This document shows, one piece after another, positions 8,843 through 18,704 of a stretch of 64,000 bases of DNA (position 1 is the first letter of the stretch; each line of letters starts with the position of its first letter). Origin of the DNA: Actinomycetota bacterium (GTDB lineage Bacteria > Actinomycetota > UBA4738 > HRBIN12). Both the position numbers and the translations under genes were made by a program. The notes under the pieces were generated by a model, which saw only the letters and a list, made by a program, of their open reading frames with translations, was not told the origin of the DNA and made no database searches. Location: positions 902,913 to 966,912 of the forward strand of contig BPGL01000001.1 of assembly GCA_026003015.1 (NCBI GenBank). Reading direction: 5' to 3'.

Positions 8843-10625
8843 CTAGGCGCGCTCCACGACGCAGGCCTGCCCGGTCGGGCAGCGGATCACACCGTGCTCG
8901 AAGGTCGCCGTCCCTCCGCCGGACGGCAGCGCCCGAACGCGGCTCGTCGGGAACCCCAGGGGGCCGGCCGGACCTCCGGCGTCGAGGTAGGTCGTGAGCA
9001 CCCGGCCCCACAGCGCGTGCACGCCGGCCGTGGGCTTGAAGAAGATCACCCCTCGCTCGAAGCGCACCCGACCGCAGCGCGTACACGAGATCCCGCGCTC
9101 GGCCCCGGCCAGGCTCGCGACCTTGGAGACCGGCAGTCCGAGCCGACCTTCCCCCAGGCCGACCGCCTCGTACTCGTCGAAGACCCCACCCCGCAGCCAC
9201 ACGGTGAGGTCGACGCGGTCGTTGTGGAAGATCCCTCCCCGCGAGAACAGCTGCTCCGAGCCGCCCGTGAGCGCTCGCTGGCGCGAGGTCGGCAGACCGG
9301 GCCGGCACCCGAGCGCGTCGTAGCGCTCGCGGATCGCGCCCGGGACGACGTTGCGGTTCACGTTGATCCACACGCGGACGTCCCGCAGGCCGAGCGCGGC
9401 CCGCAGACGACTACCCGAGATCGTGGCGCGTCCATCGGTGCCGCGCACCACGACGCTCACGATCCGGCCCGAGACGCCACGGCGCACGGGGCCGAACCCG
9501 ACGACCCGTCCGATCGCCCCCGTCGACGGGCGCAGCCGCGACGTCACCTGGTCGGCGCTCATCGTGACCTGCCAGTTCAGCCACGGGTTCCCGGTGGTCG
9601 ACTCCCCCGGATCGCAGACCCCACGCAGCCACGGGATGCGGTAGGCGTCGTTGCCTCCGTGCCACACGTCCTCGACGTTCTCCGTGTGCCCACCGTCGGA
9701 CGCCGCGTAGAACGCCTGCACGATCGCACCGCCGTAGACGACGACGCGCCCGCGCGTGTCGCGGACCGCGCCGACCCACCGGTCGCCGTCGGTGGAGCGC
9801 TCCTTCGACGCGCCGACGTAGACCTGGTCGCCGGCCCCGTCGGTCAGGTGGCAGTCGCAGCCGGGCCGCAGGCCCCCCTGTCGGCGGATCGTCGCCGCGG
9901 CGTAGGAACGCGCCGCGACGGCCTGCGCCCGCAGCACCTCCACCGGCCAGGAGGAGGGGACCTCGCCCAGGCCGTAGAGGTACTCCTCGAAGCCGAGCTG
10001 CACGACGCCGCGGATCCGGCACGCCGCGGTGCACCCGTACAGATCGAGGTCGATCACCCCCCGCGCGTAGGAGAAGCCGTGGCCCCAGATCTGGTCGGCC
10101 TCGGGGATGAACACCCTCGCGCCGTCCTGCTCGTAGGTGAGGAAGAGCCGGCGCGTCGTCCCGCCCCAGGTCCGCCCACCGACCAGGTTCCCGTCGCCGT
10201 CGAGCACGGCGAAGCGTCCGTCCTGCGCCCGAACGGTCCACGTCGCCCCCGCCGGGGATCGTGCCGACCGGCGTCCCGGCGTGCGGCTCGCCGACCCACA
10301 CGCCCACCGGGCCGCCGCGGGCTCCGAGTTGGAGGCGGGCGACGCCTGCGACGAGCTCCACCCGGATCGTCGAGGGCAGGTCGCCGCGCCGCGCGACGTC
10401 GGTTCCGCTGAAGAAGTGGGTGAGGATCCGCGCGTGCCCCCAACCCATGCGCGCCAGGCCGAGCGCGCCCCACTGCGACATCCCGATCCCGTGGCCGTAG
10501 CCCGAGCCGTAGAAGGTGAACGAGGACGGAGCCGCCGACGCGCCGGGGGCAACGGCCAGGACCGCGGCGGTGAGCGCCGCGATGGCGAACGCGATCCTGC
10601 TGGGTGGCCGCACGCTCGTCGTCAT
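8843..10625 (-). CDS. SpoIID/LytB-domain protein with C-terminal LGFP repeats, with an apparent +1/-1 frameshift near 10240-10262 (possible pseudogene or sequencing indel)
   Basis: The frame starting at 10625 encodes a signal peptide plus FTFYGSGYGHGIGMSQWGALGLARMGW. The frame ending at 8843 continues with ATWTVRAQDGRF...LYGLGEVPSSWPVEVLRAQAVAARSYA...YAASDGGHTEN (SpoIID core) and then GRLGLPVS / GPLGFPTS (LGFP repeats). The two frames meet inside a C5/G4 run. Confidence 0.7.
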
Positions 10626-10720
10626 CCCCCGAGAGCTCAGGCCCCCGAGAGCTCAGGCCCCGAAGGCCGGGCACCCTAGCACATCGACCCAGAGCCACGG
10701 ACGCTTGAGCCCCGCGGTGC

Positions 10721-11755
10721 TCAGCGCTCGGCGACCGGCTCGGCCGCGGGACCGGGAACCCGCTCGCCCCGCAGGGTCTGCCCGGCCGCCACGCTCGCGC
10801 CGGCCCCGAGCACGCAGTCGACCACGGTCGCCCGCTCCCCCACCCGCGCCCCCGGGCCGAGCACCGAGCCCACGACGCGCGCGCCCGCTTCGACGCGGCT
10901 GCCCGCGTGCAGGACGGCGTCGTCGACCTGTGCCGCGGGCCCGACCCACGCCTCGGAGCCGACGGCCACACCGCGACCGAGGTGGGCGCGCAGATCGACC
11001 TCGGCGTCGGGATGCACCCAGGGCGCGGGGTAGCGGATCCCCGCGACGCGACCGAGCAACAGGTCCAGGTGTGCCTGCAGGTACTGCTCGGGGGTGCCGA
11101 GGTCCATCCAGTACGCCTCGGATGGGAACGCCATCACGCGCTCCCCTGCTTCGATCACCGCGGGGAAGATCTCACGCTCGATCGAGATCGGGCGGTCGGC
11201 CGTCCAGCGGCGCAGGCACGATGGGTCGATGAGGTACGTGCCGGCGTTGATCATGCCCGGGATCGCTTCGGCGGGCTTCTCGCGGAACGCGACGACGCGG
11301 CCGTCGGGCCCGTGTTCGACGAGCCCGAACGCCCGCGCGTCCTCCACCCGGTGCAGCGCGATCGTCACGGTCGCGCGCGCGCGCTCGTGCGCCGCGCGCA
11401 TAGCGGTGAGGTCGAGGTCGGTGACGATATCGCCGTTGAGGGCGAAGAACGGCGCGTCGCCGAGCCGGCTCAGCGCGTTCACGATCGCGCCGCCCGTGCC
11501 CAACGGTTCGGTCTCGGTCACCCACGTGACGCGCGGGTCACCACGGCGCGCCTCAAGGAACGGGCCGAACGCCGTCGGCAGGTACGGGGAGCTCAGGACG
11601 GCCTCGCGCACGCCGTGGCGGGCGAGGTGGTCGAGCACGTGATCCAGGATCGGCCGGTCGACGAGGGGCAGGAGGGGCTTGGGGGTCGTCTCGGTGAGGG
11701 GACGCAGACGCGTCCCCTCGCCGCCCACGAGCACGACCGCCCTCACGCCCACCAC
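10721..11755 (-). CDS. Mannose-1-phosphate guanylyltransferase-like NDP-sugar pyrophosphorylase
   Basis: N-terminal VVLVGGEGTRLRPLTETTPKPLLPL nucleotidyltransferase motif and a C-terminal left-handed beta-helix region. Confidence 0.8.
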   Translation of the reverse strand: MVGVRAVVLVGGEGTRLRPLTETTPKPLLPLVDRPILDHVLDHLARHGVREAVLSSPYLPTAFGPFLEARRGDPRVTWVTETEPLGTGGAIVNALSRLGDAPFFALNGDIVTDLDLTAMRAAHERARATVTIALHRVEDARAFGLVEHGPDGRVVAFREKPAEAIPGMINAGTYLIDPSCLRRWTADRPISIEREIFPAVIEAGERVMAFPSEAYWMDLGTPEQYLQAHLDLLLGRVAGIRYPAPWVHPDAEVDLRAHLGRGVAVGSEAWVGPAAQVDDAVLHAGSRVEAGARVVGSVLGPGARVGERATVVDCVLGAGASVAAGQTLRGERVPGPAAEPVAER

Positions 11756-12609
11756 CCCCGCGCGCGCTCGACGGCCCAGGCGAGCTCGGCGCGGGCGCGC
11801 AGCACGGCCCAGGCGAGCGGCAGGGTGGCCCGCCGTATACCCCGGGCGCGGTGCTTCCGGTAGTACCGGTAGATGCTCTGCGAGTGCATGAGCAGGAAAC
11901 GGCGGGTTCGGCCGGTGGAGACCCCGCCCTCGTGGATCACCTCCGCCGAGGGCGTGAACAGCACGCGCCGGCCGAGCTCGCGCATCCGGGTGGCGAGGTC
12001 GAGCTCCTCCCCGTAGAGCCGGAACCCCTCGTCGAAGCCACCCGCTTCCTCGAAGGCCTCACGGGGGATCAGCATGCAGGCGCCCGACACCCAGTCCACC
12101 TCGCGCTCGCTCCGCCGGTCCCAATCCGCGAGCTCGTAGCGACGGGTGAACGGGTTCCGGCGGCTGAGCGGAGACCACAGCGCGTGCCCGAGCGCGTCGA
12201 ACACCCCGGGGAACGTCCGGCCGCTCGGATAGACCGTCCCGTCGGGGTTGCGGATCATCGGGCCGACGATCCCGACGCGGTCGTGGCGACGCGCCGCCTC
12301 GACGAAGCCCGCCAGGGTTCCGGCGAACCACTCCGTGTCGGGGTTCAGGAACAGCAACCAGGGCGCGGTCGTCTCGCGGGCGCCCTGGTTCCAAGCCGGC
12401 GAGAGGTAGACGTTCGTCGGGTTCTCGATCAGACGCACCCACGGGTGGGCCTTCACGGCCGCGCGGTGGGAGCCGTCGCGCGAGGCGTTGTCGATCACGA
12501 GCGCCTCCACCTCGATCGGCCCTCGGTGCCTCTCGAGCGACGCGAGGCATCGGCGGAGGTAGGCGCCCGTCTCGTAGTTCACGATCACCACCGCCAGGTC
12601 GGCGCTCAT
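11743..12609 (-). CDS. Family 2 glycosyltransferase
   Basis: MSADLAVVIVNYETGAYLRRCLASLE...IDNASRDGS (GT-A fold with a DxD-like motif). The start ATG overlaps the upstream stop (ATGA). Confidence 0.8.
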   Translation of the reverse strand: MSADLAVVIVNYETGAYLRRCLASLERHRGPIEVEALVIDNASRDGSHRAAVKAHPWVRLIENPTNVYLSPAWNQGARETTAPWLLFLNPDTEWFAGTLAGFVEAARRHDRVGIVGPMIRNPDGTVYPSGRTFPGVFDALGHALWSPLSRRNPFTRRYELADWDRRSEREVDWVSGACMLIPREAFEEAGGFDEGFRLYGEELDLATRMRELGRRVLFTPSAEVIHEGGVSTGRTRRFLLMHSQSIYRYYRKHRARGIRRATLPLAWAVLRARAELAWAVERARGWWA

Positions 12610-13028
12610 GCGTGGGGCGTCTGGGCCACGAGGACGATCCCGATGCAGATGAAGGCCACTCCCACCCACCGCAGGGGCGGCACGGTCTCGTGGAGGACGA
12701 ACACCGAGAACGCGACGATCAAGACGTAGCCGAGCGCCGCGAACGGATAGGCGAACGAGAGCGACGCGCGCGACAGCGCGAAGATCCACAGGATCGCCGA
12801 GATCCCGAACAGCGCGAGGCCGGCCCAGACGAGCGGCGTGCTCGCGATCGCGCGCAGCGCCTCGGGATCGAACCGCAGTCCCCCCTCCTGCCCGCCCGTC
12901 ACGCGGTTCACCCCTTCCTTCAGGGTGATCTGCGCTGCGCCGGCGATCAGCACCGAGGAGACGATCAACGCGATCAACACCGTGCGTTCACCTCCACGCC
13001 CTCCTTCCCCGCTCGAGCTCACGGTCAC
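12606..13028 (-). CDS. Small 4-TM DMT/EamA (ArnE/ArnF-like) membrane protein, possibly a lipid-linked sugar flippase
   Basis: About 120-140 aa with four hydrophobic helices and the LSRASLSFAYPFAALGYVL motif typical of the SMR/ArnE family. Translationally coupled to the GT2 gene. Confidence 0.5.
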   Translation of the reverse strand: MTVSSSGEGGRGGERTVLIALIVSSVLIAGAAQITLKEGVNRVTGGQEGGLRFDPEALRAIASTPLVWAGLALFGISAILWIFALSRASLSFAYPFAALGYVLIVAFSVFVLHETVPPLRWVGVAFICIGIVLVAQTPHA

Positions 13029-14206
13029 GGGTCGCTGACCTCGGCTCGGACCGGGACGAACACCTGCTCCCGACCGCCCTCGGCCGACTCCACGGAGAAG
13101 GCGTAGCGCTGATCCTGCACGTGGTAGGCGTGGCGGTTGTCGCGGGAGTGGACGCCGATCGTGACCCAGTACCGGCCGGCGACGAACGGCAGGGGGCCGA
13201 CGTGGAACCGGACCCGGCGTTTGCCCTCCAGCCGGCCGAGGGGGACGCCCGAGGAGGCCGTGTCCCCCCCGACGACGAAGCGGTTCGCGGCGTCGTGCAG
13301 CGCGAAGGACACGACCGGGTCATCCACCGGCTCGTTCGCGCGCAGATCCACCTGGATCGTCAGGACGTCGCCCGGGGCGAGCGGCCCGCCGAGCGGATCG
13401 TCCCCCACGAGCAGCGCGGCCGAGTCGATCTCGACCTCCTTCGAGCCCTCCTCGTGCGCGAACGCCAGGTCCTGACGAAGGATGGCCATCCGCATGTCGC
13501 GCACGACGTCGTCGGGAGCGCCCGCGGCCCGTACCCGGCCGTGGTCGAGCATCACCGCGAGGTCGCAGAGCTGGCGCACCTGGTCCAGCGCGTGCGTGAC
13601 GAGCACGATCGTGCGTCCCTCTCGCTGGAAGCGCTGCACCCGCTCGATGCACCGAGCCTGGAACGCCTCGTCGCCGACCGCCAGCACCTCGTCGACGAGG
13701 AGCACGTCGGGGTCGACGTGAACGGCGACCGCGAAGCCCAAGCGCACGAGCATCCCCGAGGAGTAGAACTTCACGGCGGTTTCCATGAACCCCTCGAGTT
13801 CGGCGAACCCCACGATGTCGTCGTAGACGCGGTCGGTCTCGCGCCTGCTCATCCCGAGGAACGACGCGTTCAGGTAGACGTTCTCCCGTCCCGTCAGCTC
13901 CGGGTGGAAACCGGCGCCGAGCTCGAGGAGCGCTGCGAGGCGCCCGCGCTGTCGGACCGATCCCGTCGTCGGCCGCAGGATGCCCGCGATCACCTTGAGC
14001 AGGGTCGTCTTGCCCGACCCGTTGTGGCCGATCAGACCGAAGGAGCTGCCGCTCGGCACGTCGAAGGTGACGTCGCGCAGAGCCCAGAAGTCCTCCGCAC
14101 GGCTCCGGCCGGCGAGGAGCCGTTGCTTGAGCGAGGTCGGCTTCTCCCGCCAGATCCGGAAGCGCTTCGAGACGTCCCGGACCTCGATCGCCGCCGACGC
14201 GCTCAC
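13025..14206 (-). CDS. Polysaccharide-export ABC transporter ATP-binding protein (Wzt/TagH-like) with a C-terminal carbohydrate-binding domain
   Basis: Walker A GHNGSGKTTLLK, signature YSSGMLVRLGFAVA, Walker B LLVDEVLAVGD, and an extra ~150-aa C-terminal beta domain. The start GTG at 14206 overlaps the wzm stop. The track's 13025..14998 ORF is an over-extension. Confidence 0.85.
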   Translation of the reverse strand: MSASAAIEVRDVSKRFRIWREKPTSLKQRLLAGRSRAEDFWALRDVTFDVPSGSSFGLIGHNGSGKTTLLKVIAGILRPTTGSVRQRGRLAALLELGAGFHPELTGRENVYLNASFLGMSRRETDRVYDDIVGFAELEGFMETAVKFYSSGMLVRLGFAVAVHVDPDVLLVDEVLAVGDEAFQARCIERVQRFQREGRTIVLVTHALDQVRQLCDLAVMLDHGRVRAAGAPDDVVRDMRMAILRQDLAFAHEEGSKEVEIDSAALLVGDDPLGGPLAPGDVLTIQVDLRANEPVDDPVVSFALHDAANRFVVGGDTASSGVPLGRLEGKRRVRFHVGPLPFVAGRYWVTIGVHSRDNRHAYHVQDQRYAFSVESAEGGREQVFVPVRAEVSDP

Positions 14207-15042
14207 AGCTCCTCCGCGAAGTCGCCCGACATCGCGAAGTACAGCCGCCAGGTCCCCCACAGGGCCGCCAGCCCGATGACCGTCACGGCCGTGAGCAGGG
14301 CCCCGAGGGTGCCGGTCGTGAAGTCGGGCAACACCTCGCCCGCGTCCGCGGAGTGGTACAGAGCCCGCTGGAACCCCGACACGATGGTGGTCATCGGGTT
14401 CAACAGGTACAGGTGCCATGCCGAGGCGCCCCCGACCCGCACCGACGCGAGCGTCTCCTGCGCCAGTCGGCCCGGGTACACGATCGGGGTCAGCCAGAAC
14501 CACACGAGCAGTCCGAGCCCGAGCAGGTGCTGTACGTCGCGATACCGGACGTTCATCGCTGCGACGAGCAGGGTGACCGCGGTCGTGACGACGAGCAGCG
14601 CCGCGATCGCGAGAGGGTACAGCCAGATCGTTGCGAGCACGAACCCGTACCCCGACGCGAGCAGGAAGACGAGCAGCACGGACGACTGCAGCACGAAATC
14701 GACGAGCGCCACGCCCACGGTCGCGAGCGGAAGGATCTCGCGCGGGAAGTACACCTTCTTCACGAGGTTCGCGTTCGCGATCACCGACTGCGATCCGTTC
14801 GACAGCGAGGCGTTCAACAGGTTCCAGGGCAACAGCCCGGCGAGCAGGAACACCGGGTAGTGATCGATCCCGCTGCCCAGGACCACGACCACGAAGGAGA
14901 AGACCGCGAGGAACACGACCGGGTTCAGCAGCGACCAGACCGCGCCGAGGACCGAGGCCGTGTACTTGACCTTCAGTTCCTTGCGCACCAGGTTCCACAG
15001 GATCTCCCGGTAGGACGCGAGCTCGCGCACGCGCGTGCGCAC
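14203..15042 (-). CDS. ABC-2 type polysaccharide-export permease (Wzm/TagG-like)
   Basis: 279 aa with six predicted TM helices and an ABC-2 N-terminus (YREILWNLVRKELKVKY). Confidence 0.8.
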   Translation of the reverse strand: MRTRVRELASYREILWNLVRKELKVKYTASVLGAVWSLLNPVVFLAVFSFVVVVLGSGIDHYPVFLLAGLLPWNLLNASLSNGSQSVIANANLVKKVYFPREILPLATVGVALVDFVLQSSVLLVFLLASGYGFVLATIWLYPLAIAALLVVTTAVTLLVAAMNVRYRDVQHLLGLGLLVWFWLTPIVYPGRLAQETLASVRVGGASAWHLYLLNPMTTIVSGFQRALYHSADAGEVLPDFTTGTLGALLTAVTVIGLAALWGTWRLYFAMSGDFAEEL

Positions 15043-15198
15043 GCGCAGCCTCGGGGGCTCGGAGGTGCGTTCGGTGAGGTCGGCGGTGGCGATGGCGGTG
15101 ACTCCTGTCGAGGACGAACGCGCCGGTCGACGGGCCGGGGCGAGTCTAGCAACGGGTGCGCCGGAAACCGCGCAGGGGCGGTCGGGGACCGCGGAGCA

Positions 15199-16425
15199 TC
15201 AGCCCTGCCCGCGGAGCTCCCGAAGCGCGCGGACGTAGCTGAGCCCCCACCCCCGGGCGAGGGCCCCCTCGTCCACGCCGAGGTCCAGGAGCGCCGCAGC
15301 CCACCGCCGCATCGGGTGAGCGGTCGGGTCGTGCACGAGCGCGGCGGTGGCCGCGATCGCCCGCGCCCAAGCCCGCGCGGCGCGCTCCTGCCGACTCGAT
15401 CGCTCCGCCTCGGCCGCCGCCGCCCGACCCAGGGCGGCGGCCCGCCCGGGATCGGCGATCAGCCCGGCGAGGGCGGCGCCGAGCTCGCTCGACCGTTCCA
15501 CCAGCACGAGGGCCCCGCGGTCGACGTCCGCCGCGGCGCCGCGCGCTCGGGCGACGATCGGTCGCCCGAGCTGCATCGCCCCGACGAGCGACCGAGCCTC
15601 CCGGGGCTCGCCCAGGTGCACGACGATGTCGGCCGCCGCGAGCCACCCGAGCCGCTCGGCCGGATCTCGGGCCGCGACGCGCACCCCTGGACCCGTGGAC
15701 GCCGCGTCGTCGCCGAGCACGACGACCTCGGCGCCCGGCCCCAGACCCGCACGCGCGGCGACGAGCGCCCGCTCCCACCGAGGCTCCCCCGGGGTGGCCA
15801 CGATCAGGGTTCCGGCCCCGCGCGCCGTCGCCCGTGCCCGCAGCCGCGCCGCTCGCCGCCGCGCGGAGCGGATCGTCCGGGGGTCCTCGGCGGGCGGGGG
15901 AGCGACGACGATCGGGGTGCGGCACCCCAGTCCCTCGAGCGCCGCGCGGTCCTGCTCGCAGGCGACGACGATCCCTCGGGACCGTCGCGCGATCCCCGCC
16001 ACGGTCGCCGCCGCCCCGGTTCCCCGCCGGTCCTCGGCCCAGGCGGCCTCGCGCGCAGCCGCGATCGCAACCGCGTCGCCCTCGACCTGCAGCCGGCCGA
16101 TCACCCGGCCCAGGTCGAGCTCGTGGAGGGCGATGAGCCCCGGCACCGACCACGCGAGCCGGAGCGCGTCGGCGAACCGCTCGGGCTCGTTCGCCAGGTG
16201 CACGACCCCCAGTCGCCACGCACGCAGGTCGGCGAGATGCCGGGGCTCCACCGGCCACAGCAGGTCGATCGGCGTGGCGAACCCGATCCGATCGAGGCCG
16301 GCGACGACGGCCCGAGCGGAACGTCCGACCTCGCCGTCGGGCGGCGCGACGACGGCCACGCGCCCGGCTCGCGCGTCCGGGCGAGCGACGAGCCGAAGCA
16401 GCGTGCGCTCGAGGACGCCGGCCAT
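15199..16425 (-). CDS. Glycosyltransferase, GT-B fold (GT4-like), divergent
   Basis: C-terminal half has a GT1/GT4-like nucleotide-sugar-binding pattern (GEPREA..VGAMQLGRPIVA). Weak but positional support within the polysaccharide locus. Confidence 0.55.
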   Translation of the reverse strand: MAGVLERTLLRLVARPDARAGRVAVVAPPDGEVGRSARAVVAGLDRIGFATPIDLLWPVEPRHLADLRAWRLGVVHLANEPERFADALRLAWSVPGLIALHELDLGRVIGRLQVEGDAVAIAAAREAAWAEDRRGTGAAATVAGIARRSRGIVVACEQDRAALEGLGCRTPIVVAPPPAEDPRTIRSARRRAARLRARATARGAGTLIVATPGEPRWERALVAARAGLGPGAEVVVLGDDAASTGPGVRVAARDPAERLGWLAAADIVVHLGEPREARSLVGAMQLGRPIVARARGAAADVDRGALVLVERSSELGAALAGLIADPGRAAALGRAAAAEAERSSRQERAARAWARAIAATAALVHDPTAHPMRRWAAALLDLGVDEGALARGWGLSYVRALRELRGQG

Positions 16426-17474
16426 CAGTCGAGCAACCGCCTCACGACCTCCGGCCAGGCGGGCACCCGTTCGAGGACGAGCGCCCTGCCGGCGCGGCCG
16501 AGCCGACGGGCGGCACCCGCATCGCGTCGCAGGCGGTCGAAGGCATCGGCCAGAGCGCGCGGGTCTGGATCAACGATGAGACCCGTCTCCCGTTCGACGA
16601 CGAACTCCAGCGGGCCACCGGCGTCGGTCGTGGTGACGACGGGGCGCTCGGCCGCCATCGCCTCGATCGTCACGTAGCCGTAGTCCTCGTCGAACGGCGG
16701 GTAGCAGACGCCCAGGGCGCCACGGTACAGCTCGGCGAGCCGCTCGTCGGACGGGAAGATCTCGAGCCGGACACGGTCGGCGAGCCCGAGGCGCTCGATC
16801 TGCTCCCGCAGGGCCTGCTCGTCCGGACCCTTGCCCGCGAGCACGAGCCGCACGTCGGTTCGGACATGGCGCATCGCCTCGATCGCGAGCGACTGGCGCT
16901 TCAGCGCCTCGAGCCGGCTGGGCAACAGCACGTAGTCCCCGACCTCGCCGGGCTCGGACCCGAGGAGTCGCTCGGTCATCGGAGAGCGGTGGTACAGCGC
17001 CTCGGACGGGATGCGCAGCGAGCGGTACAGGCGGTCGCGGACGTTCTGGGAGTTCGTGCAGATGCGCTTGGCCTCCCCCAGGCCGACGCGGTCGGCGCGC
17101 CAGATCAGCTCCCGGATCTCCGGCGTCATGTCCTGACGGATCAGCGCGCCGTACTCGGGGTGGTCCCACAGCTCGTAGGCGGGGCGGTGCTGATGGATCA
17201 GCCACACGATCTTGCGCTCGTGCGTCGCCAGGTACGCGGGGAACCGAAGCGCGATCACGGCGTCGATCCGCTCCCCGTTCGACTCGCTCACGTCGAGGCT
17301 TCGCCACACGGCCATCTGGTGAACGATCTCGGTGGCCGGGTACCACTTGCCGGCCACGGTGATCATCTCGGCCTCGTGGCCGGCCTTGCGCAGCGCGCGC
17401 ACGAGCGCCTCGGTATGCACCTCGGCGCCCCCACGAACGAACGGCGTCTGGGGATGCAGGACGCCGATCCTCAC
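16425..17474 (-). CDS. Family 4 glycosyltransferase (GT-B fold)
   Basis: EX7E-type motif region (YGYVTIEAMAAERPVVTTTDAGGPLEFV) and a Rossmann-like N-terminal domain. Confidence 0.8.
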   Translation of the reverse strand: MRIGVLHPQTPFVRGGAEVHTEALVRALRKAGHEAEMITVAGKWYPATEIVHQMAVWRSLDVSESNGERIDAVIALRFPAYLATHERKIVWLIHQHRPAYELWDHPEYGALIRQDMTPEIRELIWRADRVGLGEAKRICTNSQNVRDRLYRSLRIPSEALYHRSPMTERLLGSEPGEVGDYVLLPSRLEALKRQSLAIEAMRHVRTDVRLVLAGKGPDEQALREQIERLGLADRVRLEIFPSDERLAELYRGALGVCYPPFDEDYGYVTIEAMAAERPVVTTTDAGGPLEFVVERETGLIVDPDPRALADAFDRLRRDAGAARRLGRAGRALVLERVPAWPEVVRRLLD

Positions 17475-17839
17475 CGCCCGGCCTCCTCGGGCCCCTCCCG
17501 AAGTCGCGCGACCTCGCGCTCGAGCTCGCCCACGCGCTCGGCGAGGCGCACGGTGAGGTCCGTCTGCTCGGCCAAGAGCCGGTCGTAGCGACGCGTCACC
17601 GGCCGGAGGAGCCGGAAGACCAGGTACTTCACGCGGCGCTTGAGGGGCGAGGGAGCGTCGAGGTAGGGCTCGCCCAGGGGGATGAGCAGCCGCTCGTCGG
17701 TCCGCAGCTTCGCCGCGAACTCGAGCAGATCCTCCCGCAGCGCGGCGGTGCCGGCGCGCCGGCGCCCGGGGTCGTCCGCCCAGTACAGATGGCGGGCCAG
17801 CTCGGTCCGCGCCGGGTCCTCGCCCCTCGGCTCGCTCAC
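17471..17839 (-). CDS. Hypothetical protein, 122 aa, with a coiled-coil C-terminus
   Basis: ORF with GC3-consistent codon usage, translationally coupled (4-nt overlap) to the downstream GT4 gene. No recognisable domain. Confidence 0.4.
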   Translation of the reverse strand: MSEPRGEDPARTELARHLYWADDPGRRRAGTAALREDLLEFAAKLRTDERLLIPLGEPYLDAPSPLKRRVKYLVFRLLRPVTRRYDRLLAEQTDLTVRLAERVGELEREVARLREGPEEAGR

Positions 17840-17870
17840 CCGCCGAAGCCTAACAGCGGCCGGCTGCGTC

Positions 17871-18704
17871 TCAGCCCGCGCGCAGCAGCGCGTCGAGACC
17901 CTCGTCCAGGGACGGCATGGGCGCGACGTCGAGGTGCTCCAGCAGCACGCTCGTGAGCGCGGAGTAGCGGGGCCTGGCCGCGGGCCGATCGAGCTCCTCG
18001 GCGCGCTGGGGGCGCACGGGCGCGGCGAACCCGCCGCGTTCCCGAAGCCGGCACAGCGCCTCGTACCAGGAGGCCGGCTCGGGGCCGGCGAGGTGGTAGG
18101 TCCCCCACCGACCCGACAGCAGCACGGGCAGCAGCCGCTCGGCGACGTGATCGACGTGGGTCGGCGAGCCCGTGCGATCGACGATCGCGGCGGCCGACTC
18201 GCCGGCGCGCAGCCGGGCCAGCTGGCGGGAGAGGTGGTCGGCGCCCGTGCCGTACAGGTAGGCCACGCGCACGATGACGTGCTCCGCGAGCACGGTACGC
18301 ACCCGCTCCTCCCCGAGGAGCTTCGCGCGACCGTACACGTTGATCGGGGCCGGCCGAGCGCTCTCGTCGTAGGGCTCGGTCGCGGCGCCGTCGAACACGT
18401 AGTCGGTCGAGACGTGGAGCAGGACGGCTCCCACGGCGCGGGCCGCCAACGCGACGTGGTGGGGGCCGAGGGCGTTGTCGCGGAACGCGCGCGCCGGGTC
18501 GCGCTCGTTGCCGTCGACGTCGGTGAACCCCGCGAGGTTCACGATCGCCTCGGGCTCGATCGCCGCGACCGCGTCCATCACCGCCGGCAGATCGCCGACG
18601 TCGAGCTCCGCGTGGGTCAGCGCCCGGACGTCGTGGTGCGGGGGCACGCGGGCCAGGAACGCCCGCGCGAGGCCGCCGCCGGCGCCCGTCACGAGGAGCC
18701 TCAC
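17871..18704 (-). CDS. rmlD: dTDP-4-dehydrorhamnose reductase
   Basis: VRLLVTGAGGGLARAFLA Rossmann motif, the STDYVFDG and YGRAKLLGEE catalytic YxxxK region. The GTG start overlaps the rmlB stop (GTGA). Confidence 0.85.
   Translation of the reverse strand: MRLLVTGAGGGLARAFLARVPPHHDVRALTHAELDVGDLPAVMDAVAAIEPEAIVNLAGFTDVDGNERDPARAFRDNALGPHHVALAARAVGAVLLHVSTDYVFDGAATEPYDESARPAPINVYGRAKLLGEERVRTVLAEHVIVRVAYLYGTGADHLSRQLARLRAGESAAAIVDRTGSPTHVDHVAERLLPVLLSGRWGTYHLAGPEPASWYEALCRLRERGGFAAPVRPQRAEELDRPAARPRYSALTSVLLEHLDVAPMPSLDEGLDALLRAG

Noticed and set aside
13025-14998. 657-aa ORF appearing to fuse the ABC ATPase with upstream sequence
   Set aside because: The N-terminal 260 aa are out-of-frame read-through across wzm. 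The true wzt starts at the GTG at 14206, overlapping the wzm stop.
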